From NCBI GenBank assembly GCA_050273025.1, contig CP158636.1, positions 5,952,001 through 6,016,000 of the forward strand: 64,000 nucleotides of DNA, given 5' to 3'. This DNA is from Cenococcum geophilum (lineage: Eukaryota). Numbering within the stretch: the first letter of the stretch is position 1; each line of letters starts with the position of its first letter. Positions 1-14,258 of this stretch are shown here, in pieces. Both the position numbers and the translations under genes were made by a program. Under the pieces are notes generated by a model. The model was not told the DNA's origin and did not search any database. It saw only the letters and a program-made list of their open reading frames with translations.

Positions 1-179
1 CGTTAGATTGCCGTAAATTGCCGTTACGTGACCAGAGGATTGTACATAACTTCGAGCGGCGCTGCTACTCTTCTCCTTTCCTTTCTCTAGCTTTAGATCC
101 TCGTTTATAAACTACCAATCGTATAAGCTTACGCGTCCCTCTTGCCGTACTTATGCCTTAATTAACTAAGTTGCTAACA
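1..179 (+). repeat. 5' LTR of element A (partial; ~22 bp lie upstream of the window)
   Basis: Gap-free alignment to 18412-18590 with 14 differences, all transitions; ends ...TAACA. Confidence 0.95.
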
Positions 180-397
180 TTATCTAAAGCTTATACTACT
201 CTTTCTTCCTAAGAAGGAACTTAAATATATTTACAAACCTTAAGGACAGGATAGAACCCTAAGGATATTACTAGGACTATAAGGACAGAATAGAACTAAA
301 AGGATACGTATAATATAAACCCTAAGAATAGAATATGCATAGACTAGGACCCCTAAAAATAAACAAACACCGGAAATTACCTAATACCCTTACTACT

Positions 398-3300
398 ATG
401 CCAAGAAACACAGCAGCCGGTAAAGCAGCCGTAGGACCCTTAACTACCTCCGATAGTAAAACAGTAACTAACTTAAACCCCTAGGTGGAGCTTATAGCAG
501 CTAATGCCGAAATTAAACGACTTTAAGAGCTACTTAAAGCTAAAGACCCCCCTATACCTAGTAATAAGTTATTAGACACCTAGAGACTTGCTATAGTCCT
601 TAAGGCCCTAGCCTAGCGTATAGTATCTATATTGTTGCGGTCAGCGAAGGTTACGGACCCCCTATTACTTATAGATGGAACTAACCCTATATTTAATAAC
701 TAGAAGCTTTAACTATAGGATAAGCTTAAAGTTAATGCGGACTACTTCCCTACTACTTAAGCTAAGATGGTCTACGTCTTCGGCCGTACTAGTGAAGACG
801 TATAGACGTACCTGCGTCCGCGATACGCCTAGGACTTAGTAGATCCCTTCCTCTCTGGAGACGAGATAATTGACTACTTATCGTCTATTTATAAGGACCC
901 CTTTAAGGTATATAACGCCTACCTTAATTATAAGGGTCTAAATATGAAAACGACCGAAACCTTCTTAACCTTCTAGACCCGCTTCCTGCACCTAGCTGGC
1001 TAGGCCCGAATTCCCTAGGAAGATCTGCTGCTAGACCTATTTAATAAGCTTACCCTAGACCTGCAACAAGCTGTATTGCTAGTCTTTACTACCGTAAAGA
1101 CGCTAAAGGAACTTGCGGACTAGTGCTTAGCTATTAACTAAGGCCTTTAGCGAATTAAGGTACGTGCTAAGAGGTATAAAGCTAGAAACCCTCCTAACTA
1201 GACTATAAGCACTGTAAGAATAATATGTAGTGCTTCGGCACAATTGGTTAACCCTATAGTACCGGTTATACAGCCCGCCGTTAACCTAGCAGCTAGCTGC
1301 GTAGCTAGTCCCGCTACGGGTTTAGAGTATACCTGGCTAATATATAGCAACCCCTATAGACAGGCCCTTAGTAATTAAGGAGCTTACTTCTTATATGGCT
1401 AGAAGAACTACTTTGCTAAGGATTACCTAATAAATATAAAAGTAGGCGAGGTTCTATTAATCTAGGAGGATAGCGCGGAGTTAGAAAAAGAGGAACCCTA
1501 AAGAAAGACTCCTCTCTAGGGTTAAAAGGGATTGATATGTTATATATTAATCTGGGTCAGCTAGTTAGTGGAAAAAGCTACACTATCCCTTATACTTTAT
1601 TCCGCAATAGATATTAAGTTTTAACCTCTGTGTTAGCTAACTCTAGAGTAAATGCCTTTGCCCTAATAGATACCTAGTATACCGTAAAGCTAGCTAACCT
1701 TTTAAATATACCCCTTAAAGAACTGCCTAAACCAATTCCTATTCGCGGGTATAACGGACGGATAGGGCTACCTATTAAGACTATCTTGCGGATTTACCTC
1801 CGCGTTAACGGACGAAGGTAGTATAACGTCCCCTTTCTTATTATAGACTTAGGAAGTCACAATATAATCTTAGGGAGAAAATGGCTAGCCTATTTAGGCT
1901 TATAGCTCAATATACGGAACAGACGGCTTATCTAGCCTAAAACCTTACCCCTAACCCCTTCCTTTATAAAAGAAATTAGCATTATAATGGAAAACCTTAT
2001 ACGGCCCTAGATTAATACTATTTACTAGGCCGACGCTATACGTAGAGACTAGGCCTTTAAGAAGGATATATAGCTTAACCTATAATAGATCCGTATACTA
2101 CGCCGCCCCTAGACTACCTATATTACGCCACCCGCACTAAAGACCTAGGAAGTCGGTAGTAACCTAGCTAAGCCCCCTATAGAGAATCCTATAAAGCTAT
2201 AAAGGAAAGCTAAGGATATCGGACGCTATACCAAACTAATAGATAGGAAGGATAACTTGCGGAAAATGGAACGTGAGCTAAGAAAGACTATAAACTCTAT
2301 ACCGCAAAATACGGCTTAACGGAAGTCCGTAAAGAAACCTACGGACCTCTTACCCGTTAATATCTACTGTATTAGTGCCGTAGGATTCTACCGGAACTTA
2401 GTTTAGCCTAACACCGTTGCCTTTACGACTAGCTTGTATAAAATTAATTAAATAATTAAGGAAAAAAAAGCGAGCTTAGCGGAAAGGAAAGCGAGCTTAT
2501 AGATAAGGAGCTAGTAGAATAAAAACTACCCTATTAACACCGTAAATTTAAGGATGTGTTCTCTAAGGCAGTGTCTAATACGCTTCCGCCGTACTAACCG
2601 TATAACTATAAGATTGAGATTAAGCAAGGCAAGTAAAACACCCTTAGCTTTAGCCCCCTCTACCTATAGTCTATTGCCGAATTATAAGCTATAAAGTAGT
2701 ACCTTATTAATAACCTAAATAAGGGCTTTATTGAGCCTAGTTAAGCCCCTTTTAACTCGCCTATTCTCTTTGTCAAAAAGCTAAATAGAGGACTCCGTTT
2801 TTATATTAACTACTATAAGCTAAATAACCTAACTCGCAAGGACCGCTATTCGCTGCCCCTACTTAATAAGACTCTAGCCCGAATAAGTAGAGCTAAGATC
2901 TTTACAAAGCTCGATATCCGCTAGGCCTTCTACTAAATTAGGATAGACCCCGGGTCTAAGGATTTTACTATATTTTAAACCCGTTACAGAACGTATAAAT
3001 ATAAAGGACTTCCTTTTAGACTTACTAACGGACTAGCTACGTACTAGCGGTATATAAACGATGTACTCTTTAACTACCTTAATGACTTCTATACGGCCTA
3101 CCTAGATAATATTATAATTTACTCTAAGAATAAACTGGAACACAAGGAGCATGTCTATAAAGTCCTATAACGGCTCTATAAGGCTGGTCTCTAGGCCAAT
3201 ATTAAGAAGTTAGAGTTTAGTATTAAGCGTATAAAGTATCTAGGTTTTATTATTAGTATAAATGGAATTAAGGCTAACCTAGAGAAAACGGCCGTAATTA

Positions 3301-3635
3301 ACTAGTAGGCACCCCCATGGACCATAAAGGGGGTATAATTATTTTTAGGTTGCTGTAACTTCTACTAACGCTTTATTAAGAACTACAGCAGGATTGCCTG
3401 GCCTCTTAACTGTCTTACTAGGAAAGACCAGCCCTTCTATTTTAACGCTATATATATATAGGCCTTTAATGAGCTTAAAAAACGGCTGGTATCGGCTCCC
3501 TTACTTGCCTATTTTAACCCAGAACGGCCCTTAATACTAAAAACTAATACCTTAGATAGCGCGATAGCCAGTGTTTTTTCCTAGAAGTAACTAGACGGAG
3601 AATAGCACCCTATTGCATACTATTTAAAGACTATA
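398..3635 (+). pseudogene. gag-pol of element A, 5' part (gag, protease, RT, start of RNase H), RIP-degraded
   Basis: ATG CCA AGA AAC at 398; CCHC knuckle remnant; SPILFVKK, LPFxLTNG and YLDxI RT motifs; many TAA/TAG stops derived from CAA/CAG/TGG. Confidence 0.88.
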
Positions 3636-3838
3636 TGTTAGGCCATAGAGACGCACTAGCCGTAACCGGCTTAGCGCAGGCAAAGCGCAGGCGAGGCGCC
3701 TATAAAACGTAGTCACCCCACATTAGAGAACAGCAGAATTTAGTTCTATAGTTCTACTTTATTAAGAACCAGAAACTCTTTGCATCCCGCTACTATTATT
3801 ACGTTACTATATACCCTAAGAACCTTAGCGTCCTAACA
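3636..3838 (+). repeat. 5' LTR of element B
   Basis: TGTTAGG...CCTAACA terminal inverted repeat; matches 16182-16384. Confidence 0.95.
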
Positions 3839-6800
3839 GTACTAAATTCTCATCCCTTTTTAGGGGTAGTGGCCCAACAACACAGCGGTCTACTAAGGCC
3901 ACGACTACGTAACGGCAACCCTCTGTCAAGAAGACGACCTATATTTATCAACTATATCGCAGCCTATTGACCTAATGGCGAGACGTGGGCGTACTAGCGT
4001 AGTGCATACTACTAAGCCTGGGGATCGGCCCTAGGATAATATAGGCGAACCTATATCGTCCCAGATAGAACTAGAAGCTACAGATAAAGGAAATATATAG
4101 GAAAAAATACAACGGCTAGAAAACAAGAAGCTACAACTCCTAGAGCAAGGAAAACTATACTTACTTAGGAAAAAGGTGGAAGTGCTAAGACGGCATTAAC
4201 GCGGCAAGGCGACGTCAACTCCCGTTCTTAACCCAGATCTATAACCTCAAACTATTCCATTAAAGTACTTAGATGGTAGCTAGATACGTCTAAATCTTAA
4301 GCAAAAGGCTACTAATATAATAGGCACTCTGTTAAAACGGGCCGTTAAAATAGAGAAGATTGCTCTGTATTATAGTAAGACTATATAAAAGCACTAAGAC
4401 TTCCGCGATAGCTTAAAGCTAGCGTTCCGCCTAGAGCACGACGGCTTCGCGGATAAGGATACTAAAGTTGCGTTTACTATATAATATATAAAGGGAACTA
4501 ACCGAACCCTTTAGCTGTAGTATAAAGATAACTACCTAAATATATAGTTTACCTAAAAGGAGCTAATGGAATTCCTAATTAACTAAATTAAAAGTCCTAT
4601 TAATTAAGAACTCTATATAGCCCTAATATATATAAGGGCAATATAATAAACCAATTAACCTATAAACGAGTTTACTACTTACCTAACCTCCTTAAAAGTA
4701 TAAATTAATCCTCCCTATAATGCAAAGCATCTAATAATATATCTATTCGCGAAGCTATGGCTAGAGCTACGGCTTACGGTTACTAACTATTAGGAGTTTT
4801 TATAAACTTAAGATTAGCTAGTTTCCCTAGCTACCCTATTAAAGGAAAACTAGAAGAGCGCAAGCGCCTTATAGGCTAGAAGCAATAGGCGCGCCGCGAA
4901 CTTAAATATAAAGACTACCCTATTAGGTAACTTAGGGAGAGTAGACTCTAAAACCACCGCTAGTAACGTAACGGTGGGGTAAAGTAGTACTGCTAGGGGT
5001 TTAACCTAACCCAAAGGGAACTACAAAAATTGTGGCAAGCTAGAATATTAGTGGCGACAGTGCCCGGAGCTATAATAGTACTAGCCGTAGTCAAGCAGCG
5101 TAAACGCCATCTCAACGCTAGAAAAAGGTAGGCGCCCTCGGAGCCCCTTATACCTATAGGGTGTAAGCTACTACTAGATTATAAGGAAGCTATTACTATC
5201 TTAGGAGAAGTCCTATTTAAGTAAATTTAGAAGGAGACCTTAGTAATGCTTAATCTCGGCGCCGAAGTAAATATAATTAATTAGCAATTCGTAATAGAGT
5301 GTAACTTTAAAATACTAGATACAGAATTGGCTACCTACTCCTAGTTAAATAAAACTTAGGCATATTACTATAAAGCCTATAAGGTACTATTAAGAATAAA
5401 GGACAGCTAGGGCAGAATAAGGGAAGTAACCCTTATCTATTATAGAATGGCTAACGCATCCCCTACTATTACCCTAGGTATGCCGGGGTTAAAGAAGGCC
5501 CGACTTCTTATTAACTATAAGGCGAAGGCGTGGCAATAGAAGCTAGACGGCTCGTCCCTATTGCTATAAACCCCTAAGGGTTTCGCGAAGTCTCTTTAGA
5601 GGGAATCTAGGGTCTTCGCCCTAGTAATTGCTAGATTAATACCTAGTAAATAAGACAACGGCAGCTTACCAGTCTTTTCCCCACAGTTAAAAGAAGCTAG
5701 TAATGTCTTCTTATATAAGGAAGCAGGAAAGCTACCCTAACACCACTAGGGCGACCATGCTATTAACCTAGAAGAGGGACAAGAGGTCCTATATAGACCG
5801 CTCTATAACCTCTTAGTTAAGGAGCTAAAGGTACTAAAGGAGTACTTAGACAACGCCTTAGCTAAAGGCTAAATCTAACCAAGTACTAGTCCCGTAGGGG
5901 CACCTATCCTATTTATACCTAAAAAAAATAGAAAGCTGCGGCTCTATATAAACTATAAAGGCCTTAACAAGGTAACGATTAAGAATTATCTCGCACTACT
6001 ATTAATTAGTAAGACCTTAGACCGCTTAGCAGGTTCTAAAATCTTTACTAAGTTGGACCTAACGAATGCGTACTACCGCCTTCGTATCCGTCAGGGCAAT
6101 AAGTAAAAGACGGCGTTCCGCACGCGTTACGGCCACTTTAAGTATTTAGTTTTACCTTTTAGGCTAACTAATAGACCAGCAACCTTTTAGGGCTATATTA
6201 ATTGGGCCTTATTAGGACTAGTAGACGTCTTTTATATAGTCTACCTTAATAATATTCTAATTTTCTCTAAAAATCCAGAGGAACACTAGTACTACGTACT
6301 AGAAGTACTATATAGGTTGCGGTAATATCAACTATATACAAACCTTAAGAAGTATAGGTTTAGCGTATAAGAGGTTAAGTTCCTAGGATATATTATTAGT
6401 CCTAAAGGCGTAGCGATAGATCCTAGCCGGGTAGAAGCCATTACCTAGTAGGAGAGCCCTTAATCCTATAGGGATGTCCAGGTCTTCCTAAGTTTTGCTA
6501 ACTTCTATTGCCGGTTTATCTATAAGTACTTTATTATTGCAAAGCCTATTACTAATCTCCTTAAGGGAGTAAAGAACGGCCGTAAAGCTAGGCCTCTTAG
6601 CTAGCCTAAAGAGGCGGAGTAGGCAATGCGCCGGCTCTGCGACGCCTTTATAATAGCGCCGCTCCTATAATACTATACGCCGGGCTTACTAACCCAGTTA
6701 GAGACTAATACCTCTATATAAGGCCTAGCAGTAATTATATTACAGCTATTTAAAGATAGCCTTTAGTATCCAATAGCCTTCTAGTCTAGAAAGCTTTCGC

Positions 6801-8069
6801 CAGTAAAGCGTAATTATAAGACCTATAATTAGGAGCTACTAGCTATCGTAAAGGCTTTTAAGCATTAGAGACACTATATTAAGGGGCTATTAAGCCACCT
6901 AGAAGTGCTTATAGACTATAATAATCTAAAGGGTTTTATAAAAGTAAAAGCCCTTAATAAACGGCAAGCCAGATAGGCTATAGCATTAGCTGCCTATGAC
7001 TTTGTTATTAAGCATAGGGCGGGAAAAATAAACCCCGCAGACGCGCCGTCGAGGCGACCCCTAGGCGTAGGGGGTCCGCTAGAAGAAGACACTATACTAC
7101 TATTACTTTAAAGGACTTTAGAAATATAGGGTTACTAACCTAAAATAAAAGTCCTATTAGGTGTATAAGAAAGCAAGCCTTCTATAGAGGTATTATTTCT
7201 ACAGCTATAAGCCAGCAACTTAACGGCGGTACGCCTAGGCTATGTAGCATTATAGTTTAACTAGGTAACCTACATGTATACTGTTAAGCAGCGCGTAATA
7301 AGGACCTAGGTTAGAGAAGTAAGTACTTAAGAGAGTACTTGCGAGTCCAGTACGGAAACAGTCGTTAAGCTTATTAAAGGACTTTAGACTAAAGATAACT
7401 TTATACTATAAAAACGCAGTAATAGTATAGATACTGTAAGACACCGTTAACGCGCCCGCTCAAAGCCAGTGTGGTAGTTTAATTCCGCTAGACTACTTTG
7501 TTACTATAGGAGGCTATATATACCCCTAGACCCAGCAGTTTATATAGAACTCCTATAAATCCACCACAATAATGCCCTAGCTGGGCACTTTAGTAAGAAA
7601 AAGACTCTAAATCTACTCTCGCGTAAGTACTACTGGCCTAGTATAAATACGGACATTATAAACTATATCTCTACTTATAATTTATGCCAATATATACATG
7701 CGCCTTAATATCGCCCTTATAGCGAGCTTTAAGCGCTGCCTTGCCCGGACTAGCTATGGTAGGAGATTATAATAGACTTTATTATAGGCCTACCGCCTAG
7801 TAAATAAGGCGATAAGGTATATAACGCAATATATATAATAGTTAACTGCTATACTAAGATGGCCTTATATCTGCCTATAGTAAAAACTATTACTACAACT
7901 AAACTCGCGGATCTCTTTCTTAACGAAGTAGTACGCCGTTTTGGAACCCCTAGGGGGATTATATCTAATCGCGGCAGTATCTTCACTAGTAAGTTCTAGT
8001 TAGAGCTATACTTTACTACGAAGATAAAACGTAGGCTAAGTACGGCCTTTTACCCACAAATGGACGAGC

Positions 8070-8280
8070 TGTAACGGCGCTATCGCACGTTACCTGCCAA
8101 ATTCTGCTATATTCTGCCGACCTGCGATTGGCCCGCCTAAAGCTAGCGCCTTGGCGGCTTACCCTACATATTTGTTTACATTGGTCCTAGCGACCCCTTT
8201 TCCTTCTCTTTAGCTTAGTATCTTCGTAATATAGTATTCGTTTAAGCTTCGGTTTAGAGGCATTTGTTTAAGCCGTGATA
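8070..8280 (+). repeat. 5' LTR of element C
   Basis: TGTAAC...GTGATA (GTGACA in the 3' copy); matches 14048-14258. Confidence 0.95.
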
Positions 8281-8510
8281 TTATACTAAGCTCTCCCTAC
8301 CTTGCCTAGGAAGGCCTTAATAATATCCTACCCTAAAGAAACTTCGTCTGTAATAACATATTAACGCGCTATACTTAGACACTAAAACAACTCTATATTG
8401 CCTGGGAAGGCCTGGATAATATCCTACCTTATAAGCCAGACAGGACTGGACCTGTACCCCTGGAATTAAAACTAAAGTATATAATACCGACAAACCTTAG
8501 GAAGCTAACG

Positions 8511-11500
8511 ATGGCACCTAAAGCAAGCTTATTTAAGAGAGCTGCCTCTACCTAAGAGGAACCTGAGATCCAATTAGGATTAGAAATTAAAGATAATAAT
8601 AATGTCATAGGCATACGCGAGCAGATTCGCGCCCTCGCAGCCAGCCAGGAAGCCAATCGTCTTAAAGTAAGAAATATATAAGAGACCCTATAAAAGATCC
8701 TAGAAAGCCTTGCGGCCCTATAAAATAGCCTAGCTTCCCCTTCTTAAAGCCCTAGCTGACCTATTCACTCTACTAAATATAATACACTAGGGAGTATAAA
8801 TATAATAATAAAGCAATTAAAGTCCGTTAAGCTCCCTAACCCCCTACCACTATCCGACGGGATAGACCCTACCTTTAAGAATTAGAGGATTTAAGTATAA
8901 GGAAAGCTCCGCGTTAACTATAACTATTTCCTTTCTAAAGAAGCTAAAATACTCTACCTCTTTAGTTAAACTACTGGGGACGCCCAACGGCACCTTTAAG
9001 CTAAGTTTAAGGACGACTTCCCTATCTAATTTATATCTATTAACGAGATAATACGGCACCTAGCGGCTATTTATATTAACCCAAATAAAGTATAGGATGC
9101 CTATTATAACTATAATTACCTAATAATAAAACCGAACTAACCCTTTGCTAAATTCTAGACTTAATTCCTATACCTTACAGGAGAAGGCTAGGTTCCCCTT
9201 AAGAACTACTGATTAGACCTATATAATAAGCTAATAATCCAGCTATAAAAAAAGATCGCTATAACCTTAGATAACCTACTAACCTATAAAAAACTCGCAG
9301 CTTGTTGCCTATTATTAGACTTAGAACTAAAGCGGATTAACGCCTACCCTAATTAGCAGAAGCAACTCCGTAATAATTAGAACTTGCTAGCTATACCTAT
9401 AAAAGCTAGAGCAGGAAGATAAGTTATAACTACTCTTATACTAAAGGCGGTTATAACTACGCACCGGCGAGCCTTACCCGACTAGCTACGTACCACGCCA
9501 TTAACTAGTATTCGCCGTAATACTCCGATTAACCCTGCCTTAGCCACGTGCTTTAACTGTAAAAAGTAAAGTTACTTTATCTTATTTTGCCCGGAGCTAA
9601 AGGATATAGGCAATATTAAGGAGATAGAGGAAGGAGAAACGTCCGATAAGTTAGGAAAAGAAGAACCCTAGGGAAAGACTCCCCCCTAGGGTACCCTATT
9701 GATCTTAAAGAGATTAATCTTAGTTAGTTAATGGGTGGAAAGCATTTTATAGTTCTATATATAGTATCTTAAAATAGATATAGAGTTAATATAACCGCCC
9801 TTATTAACACTGGAGTAAATGGCTTCGCCTTTATAAATACTGCCTATATAAATAATGTTGCCAAGTTTTTAAATGCAGAAGCTATCTAACTAGAGAAGCC
9901 TGTTTAGGTAAAGGGCTATAACGGCTAAGCCGGTTAGCCCGTTACCCACGTCTTAAAGTTATATATCGCTCTTAACGGATAACGCTAATATGGTATCCCC
10001 TTTTGCATCCTAGACCTAGGGTCCTATAATATAATCCTTAGACGAAAATAGATGTCCTATTTTAATATTTAGTTAAACGTGTAAAAAAGACGGTTTATCT
10101 AGCTGGAGGATAGACTAAGGTTGCCCTCCTTTATTAGGGAGATCCGAACCAACTGTAAGACACTAGCTATAAGGGGTAACCCTACCTACCAGTAGGATGT
10201 CTAGGCCTGTGACCTAGCCTTTACTTAAGAGGACGCCCGCTATAAAGCTAGAAAGAACTCTATACTAATAAAAATACTCTTCTAAAGCGCTATGTTTAAA
10301 GAGGACTCTACGTATAGAAGTAGGACAGATAATAATATAGATAACGTCTAAATTATACAGATCTAACCGTTATAAAAAAGAACGTATTAATAGGATATAA
10401 GGGATAACCTCTGAAAGATGCAATAGGAGCTAAAAGGAGTAATAATAACATTAGTACCCTAGAAGTCCCTAAAGTTATATACGCCCCTATTATTAGTTAA
10501 CCCCCCTACCATAGACATTACCGTAATTAGCGCTATAGCGTTCCACTTTAATATATACCGGAAGGACAATAAGGTCTTTATAACGAGCCTATATGAGATT
10601 AACTAAATTATTAATAATAGAGAGGAAAGGCTAGATAAGGAAACTAATAAGGAACTAGTTAAACGCCTTCTTTTTACCATTTATATAGGCTACAAGGATG
10701 CATTTTTAAAGGCGGCCTTAGATAAGTTACTCCCCTACCAGACGTATAATTATAAGATTTAATTAGAGGCCAATAACTCGCTAGGCTATAGCCCCCTCTA
10801 CTATTAATTAATAGATAAGCTAAAAGTAATAAAGCAGTACTTAATTAATAACCTAGATAAAGGGTTTATTAAGCCAAGTTAAGCCCCTTTTGCTTCCCCT
10901 ATTCTATTCGTAAAAAAGCCTAATAGAGGCCTTTATTTTTATATTAACTATTAAAAGCTAAACGCTATTACTTAAAAGGACTAGTATCCTATTCCTTTAA
11001 TTAATAAGACCCTTACACGTCTAAGCTAGGTAAAAATCTTTACTAAACTTAATATCTGCCAAGCTTTTTACCGAATTAGGATAAACCCTATATCCGAAGA
11101 TTTAACAACGTTCTATACCCGCTATAGTTCCTATAAATATAAAGTTCTTCCTTTTAGACTAATAAACGGACCAGCTATGTACTAAAGGTATATAAATAAT
11201 ATTCTTTTTAATTACCTTAACGAATTCTACACGGCATACCTAGACGACATTCTTATATACTTAGACGACGAACTTAAGTATTAAGTTTATGTTAAGAAGG
11301 TCCTAGAGAGGCTACGGAACATAGGCTTATAAGTCGATATTAAGAAATACGAGTTTAGGGTAAAACGTATAAAATACCTTGGGTTTATTGTAACTACGGA
11401 AGGAATTAAGGTTAACCTTAAGAAGGTAAAGGTAATCCATAACTAGAAGCCCCCTTATATAGTAAAAGGAATCTAGTCCTTCCTTAGTTTTTATAATTTC

Positions 11501-13732
11501 TACCGCTGGTTTATCCGTGACTATAGAATTATAGTAAAACCTCTTGTATGACTAACTAGAAAGGATATACCTTTTATTTTTAATAATAGCTATATAGAGG
11601 CCTTTAAAGAGGTAAAGGATCGGCTTATTTCTTCTCTAATCCTTTATTACTATAACCTAGACCTTAAATTAATGCTAGAAACAGACGCCTCTAATAGGGT
11701 TATAGCGGGAATCCTATTATAGTTATATCTAGACGGCGAATAGTACCTTATAGCTTTCTTCTTAAAGATAATAGACCCAGCTAAGTATAACTATAAAGTA
11801 TATAACAAAGAAATGCTAGCTATTATTTAATTACTCTCTTAATAGCGCGCAAAGCTTAAAGGTATAAACTCCCGGATTAAGATATATATAGATTATAAAG
11901 CCCTAGAGTACTTTATAACTATAAAGCAGCTTATAGGGCGATAAGCCTAGTAGGCCGAAATACTTTTTTAATTCTTCTTTACAATTATATATTATTCTAG
12001 TAAGTAAAACTCTAAGGCTAATACCCTAACCTAAAGAGAACAAGACGTAGGACCCTAGGATAAGCTAAAGACCCAATATTAGACGCGCGCCCTCCTTTAT
12101 TTAGAATAGCTCGACCTACGGATTTTTAAGGAGCTAGACTTCTAGTAAAACGAGCTAGCACTAATAGAGGAGTCCTTAGATAAGCTAATAAGGCTAATTA
12201 ACCGCCTCCTAACTGTAAACCGTACGGCTAACGCCTTAAGGGCCCTCCGCAAATAAGCCGTAAAAGAAGACCCCAATTTTAAGACAGAGGAAGGATTACT
12301 CCTATACTAGGAGCGGCTTATAGTCCCTAATATTAATAATCTACGGACTAAACTAATCTGTAAAGCTTATTACTAAGTCTCTACGGCATACCCTAGCAAG
12401 AATAAGACCCGTAAAATTATTAACTGCCGCTATTACTAGCCAAGAATAGTTGCGAATATTAATTAATATATACGGAACTGCGAAGACTACTAGAGAGCTA
12501 TAATCCCACGGGATAAGACCCTAGGACTACTTAAGCTACTCCTAATACTAGAGCGCCCTTAGTAGTATATCTTTATAGACTTCTATAAACTACCTAGGGA
12601 CCGTAATAAATACGATATAGTTATAGTTATAGTTAACCGCTTTAGTAAACGCCCGTTCTTAATTCTATATTATAAGAATATTAATGCTAAAGAGGTAGCC
12701 TAGCTATATATCTATTACGTTTACTAAATCTACAGACTATTAGATACTATTGTGTCTAATTATAGGCTATAGTTTATATCGGCCTTCTAAAATAAGTTTA
12801 CCTAGATTTTAGGCATTAAGCTAAAGCTTTTTACGGCTTATTACCCCTAGATAGATAGTTAAACAGAGATTATAAATCAGTACCTGGACTAGAGGCTTAG
12901 GCCCTTTATTAACTATTTTTAGAATAACTAGTTTAAACTACTACCCTTAATAGACTACACGCAAGTAACCCTACCCCATAACTCTACAGGGTTTGCCCCA
13001 ATTTAGCTAGAAATGGGATACTTACCCCGCATAAGCTTTAACTAAAAAAGGCTAGAAAAACCCTAAACTATATAAGAGAAGCTATTCTATACTAAGGCCT
13101 AATAGTATACTAAACAATTAGAGGAGGCCTAGACGGTAGCCCGCGAGAACCTAGAAAAAGCTTAGAGGTTAATAAAACAGTAGGCAAACAAACACCGTTA
13201 AGAGCCTAACTTTACCCCTAGCGATATAGTCTGGGTTATAATAAGGAATTAGAGGACTAAACAACCCAGCTATAAGCTGGATTACTAGATAGCAGGACCG
13301 TATAAGGTTCTTAAAAAGATAGGCAACTTATATAAGATAAAGCTCCTAGACTTAATTAGGGTTTACCCTATCTTCTTACTAGATAAGTTACGGAAAGCTA
13401 TAAATAACCTATTACCTAGATAAAAGAACAAGCCTCCCCTACTAGTTTAAGTAAACGGTAATAATAAATGGGAGGTTAATAAAATACTGGCCTATAAGAT
13501 AGTACGGGGAGCGCTAAAATACTATATTTAATGGAAGGGCTACAATTCTAACCCAACCTGGTACCCTACGTAGAACTTTATAGGCTGCCCCTAGAAGCTT
13601 AAAGAATTCTATAACTAATACCCTAATGCGCCTGGACCCCTAAAGTACCTAAACAAATAGATAGAATGCTAGCATAATAAAGATAATAAGTTACCGGAAG
13701 AATATAGGGATAAAAACGCCCCAAAGCCCTAA
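8511..13732 (+). pseudogene. gag-pol of element C, RIP-degraded
   Basis: ATG GCA CCT AAA at 8511; CFNC knuckle ~9550; intact AYLDDI at ~11235-11250; LETDAS RNase H; integrase; chromodomain WEV..IL....WKGY....TWYP at ~13465-13570. Confidence 0.9.
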
Positions 13733-14047
13733 TACAGCTATCTGCCAAATTCTGCCATATTCTGCTGTTTTCTGCTAGTACCGTAAAATTTCAGATGTCT
13801 AGGAACTTCGACCGCCAGTTAAAGTTGTTTAATTAGTCAGATCCGTGCTAAGACTTTTAGCGGCTACTCTTTCTAGCCTAGTGCTTCTACTTAGCCTACA
13901 ATCGCCCTTTATACTTAGTTAGGACGGACTCGTATCTCCTTTATCTCCTTATCTTATATTTTTATAATCCTACGTTTATAAGCCTAGTGCTACCCTATTT
14001 TTTCTAACTAAGCCTAAGGGCAGGCTTTCTTTTAAAGAGGGGGGTGA

Positions 14048-14258
14048 TGTAATGGCGCTATCGTACGTTACCTGCTAAATTTTACTATATTCTGCCGACC
14101 TGTGATTGGCCCGCCTAAAGCTAGCGCCTTGGCGGCTTACCCTATATATTTGTTTACATTGGTCCTAGCGACCCCTTTTCCTTCTCTTTAGCTTAGTATC
14201 TTCGTAATACAGCATTCGTTCAAGCTTCGGTTTAGAGGCATTTATTCAAGCCGTGACA
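14048..14258 (+). repeat. 3' LTR of element C
   Basis: Follows the PPT; matches 8070-8280. Confidence 0.95.

Larger units (their letters stand above)
8070..14258 (+). mobile_element. Ty3/Gypsy chromovirus LTR retrotransposon 'C' (innermost, uninterrupted, 6189 bp), inserted in the integrase core of B
   Basis: 211-bp LTRs at 8070-8280 and 14048-14258. Flanks CGAGC (8065-8069) and TGGGC (14259-14263) are each one transition from CGGGC, the sequence expected from B's GAC-GGG-CAA codons. PPT AAAGAGGGGGG. Confidence 0.95.

Noticed and set aside
8850..9059. 69-aa minus-strand ORF in element C
   Set aside because: Chance antisense frame over RIP-mutated gag.
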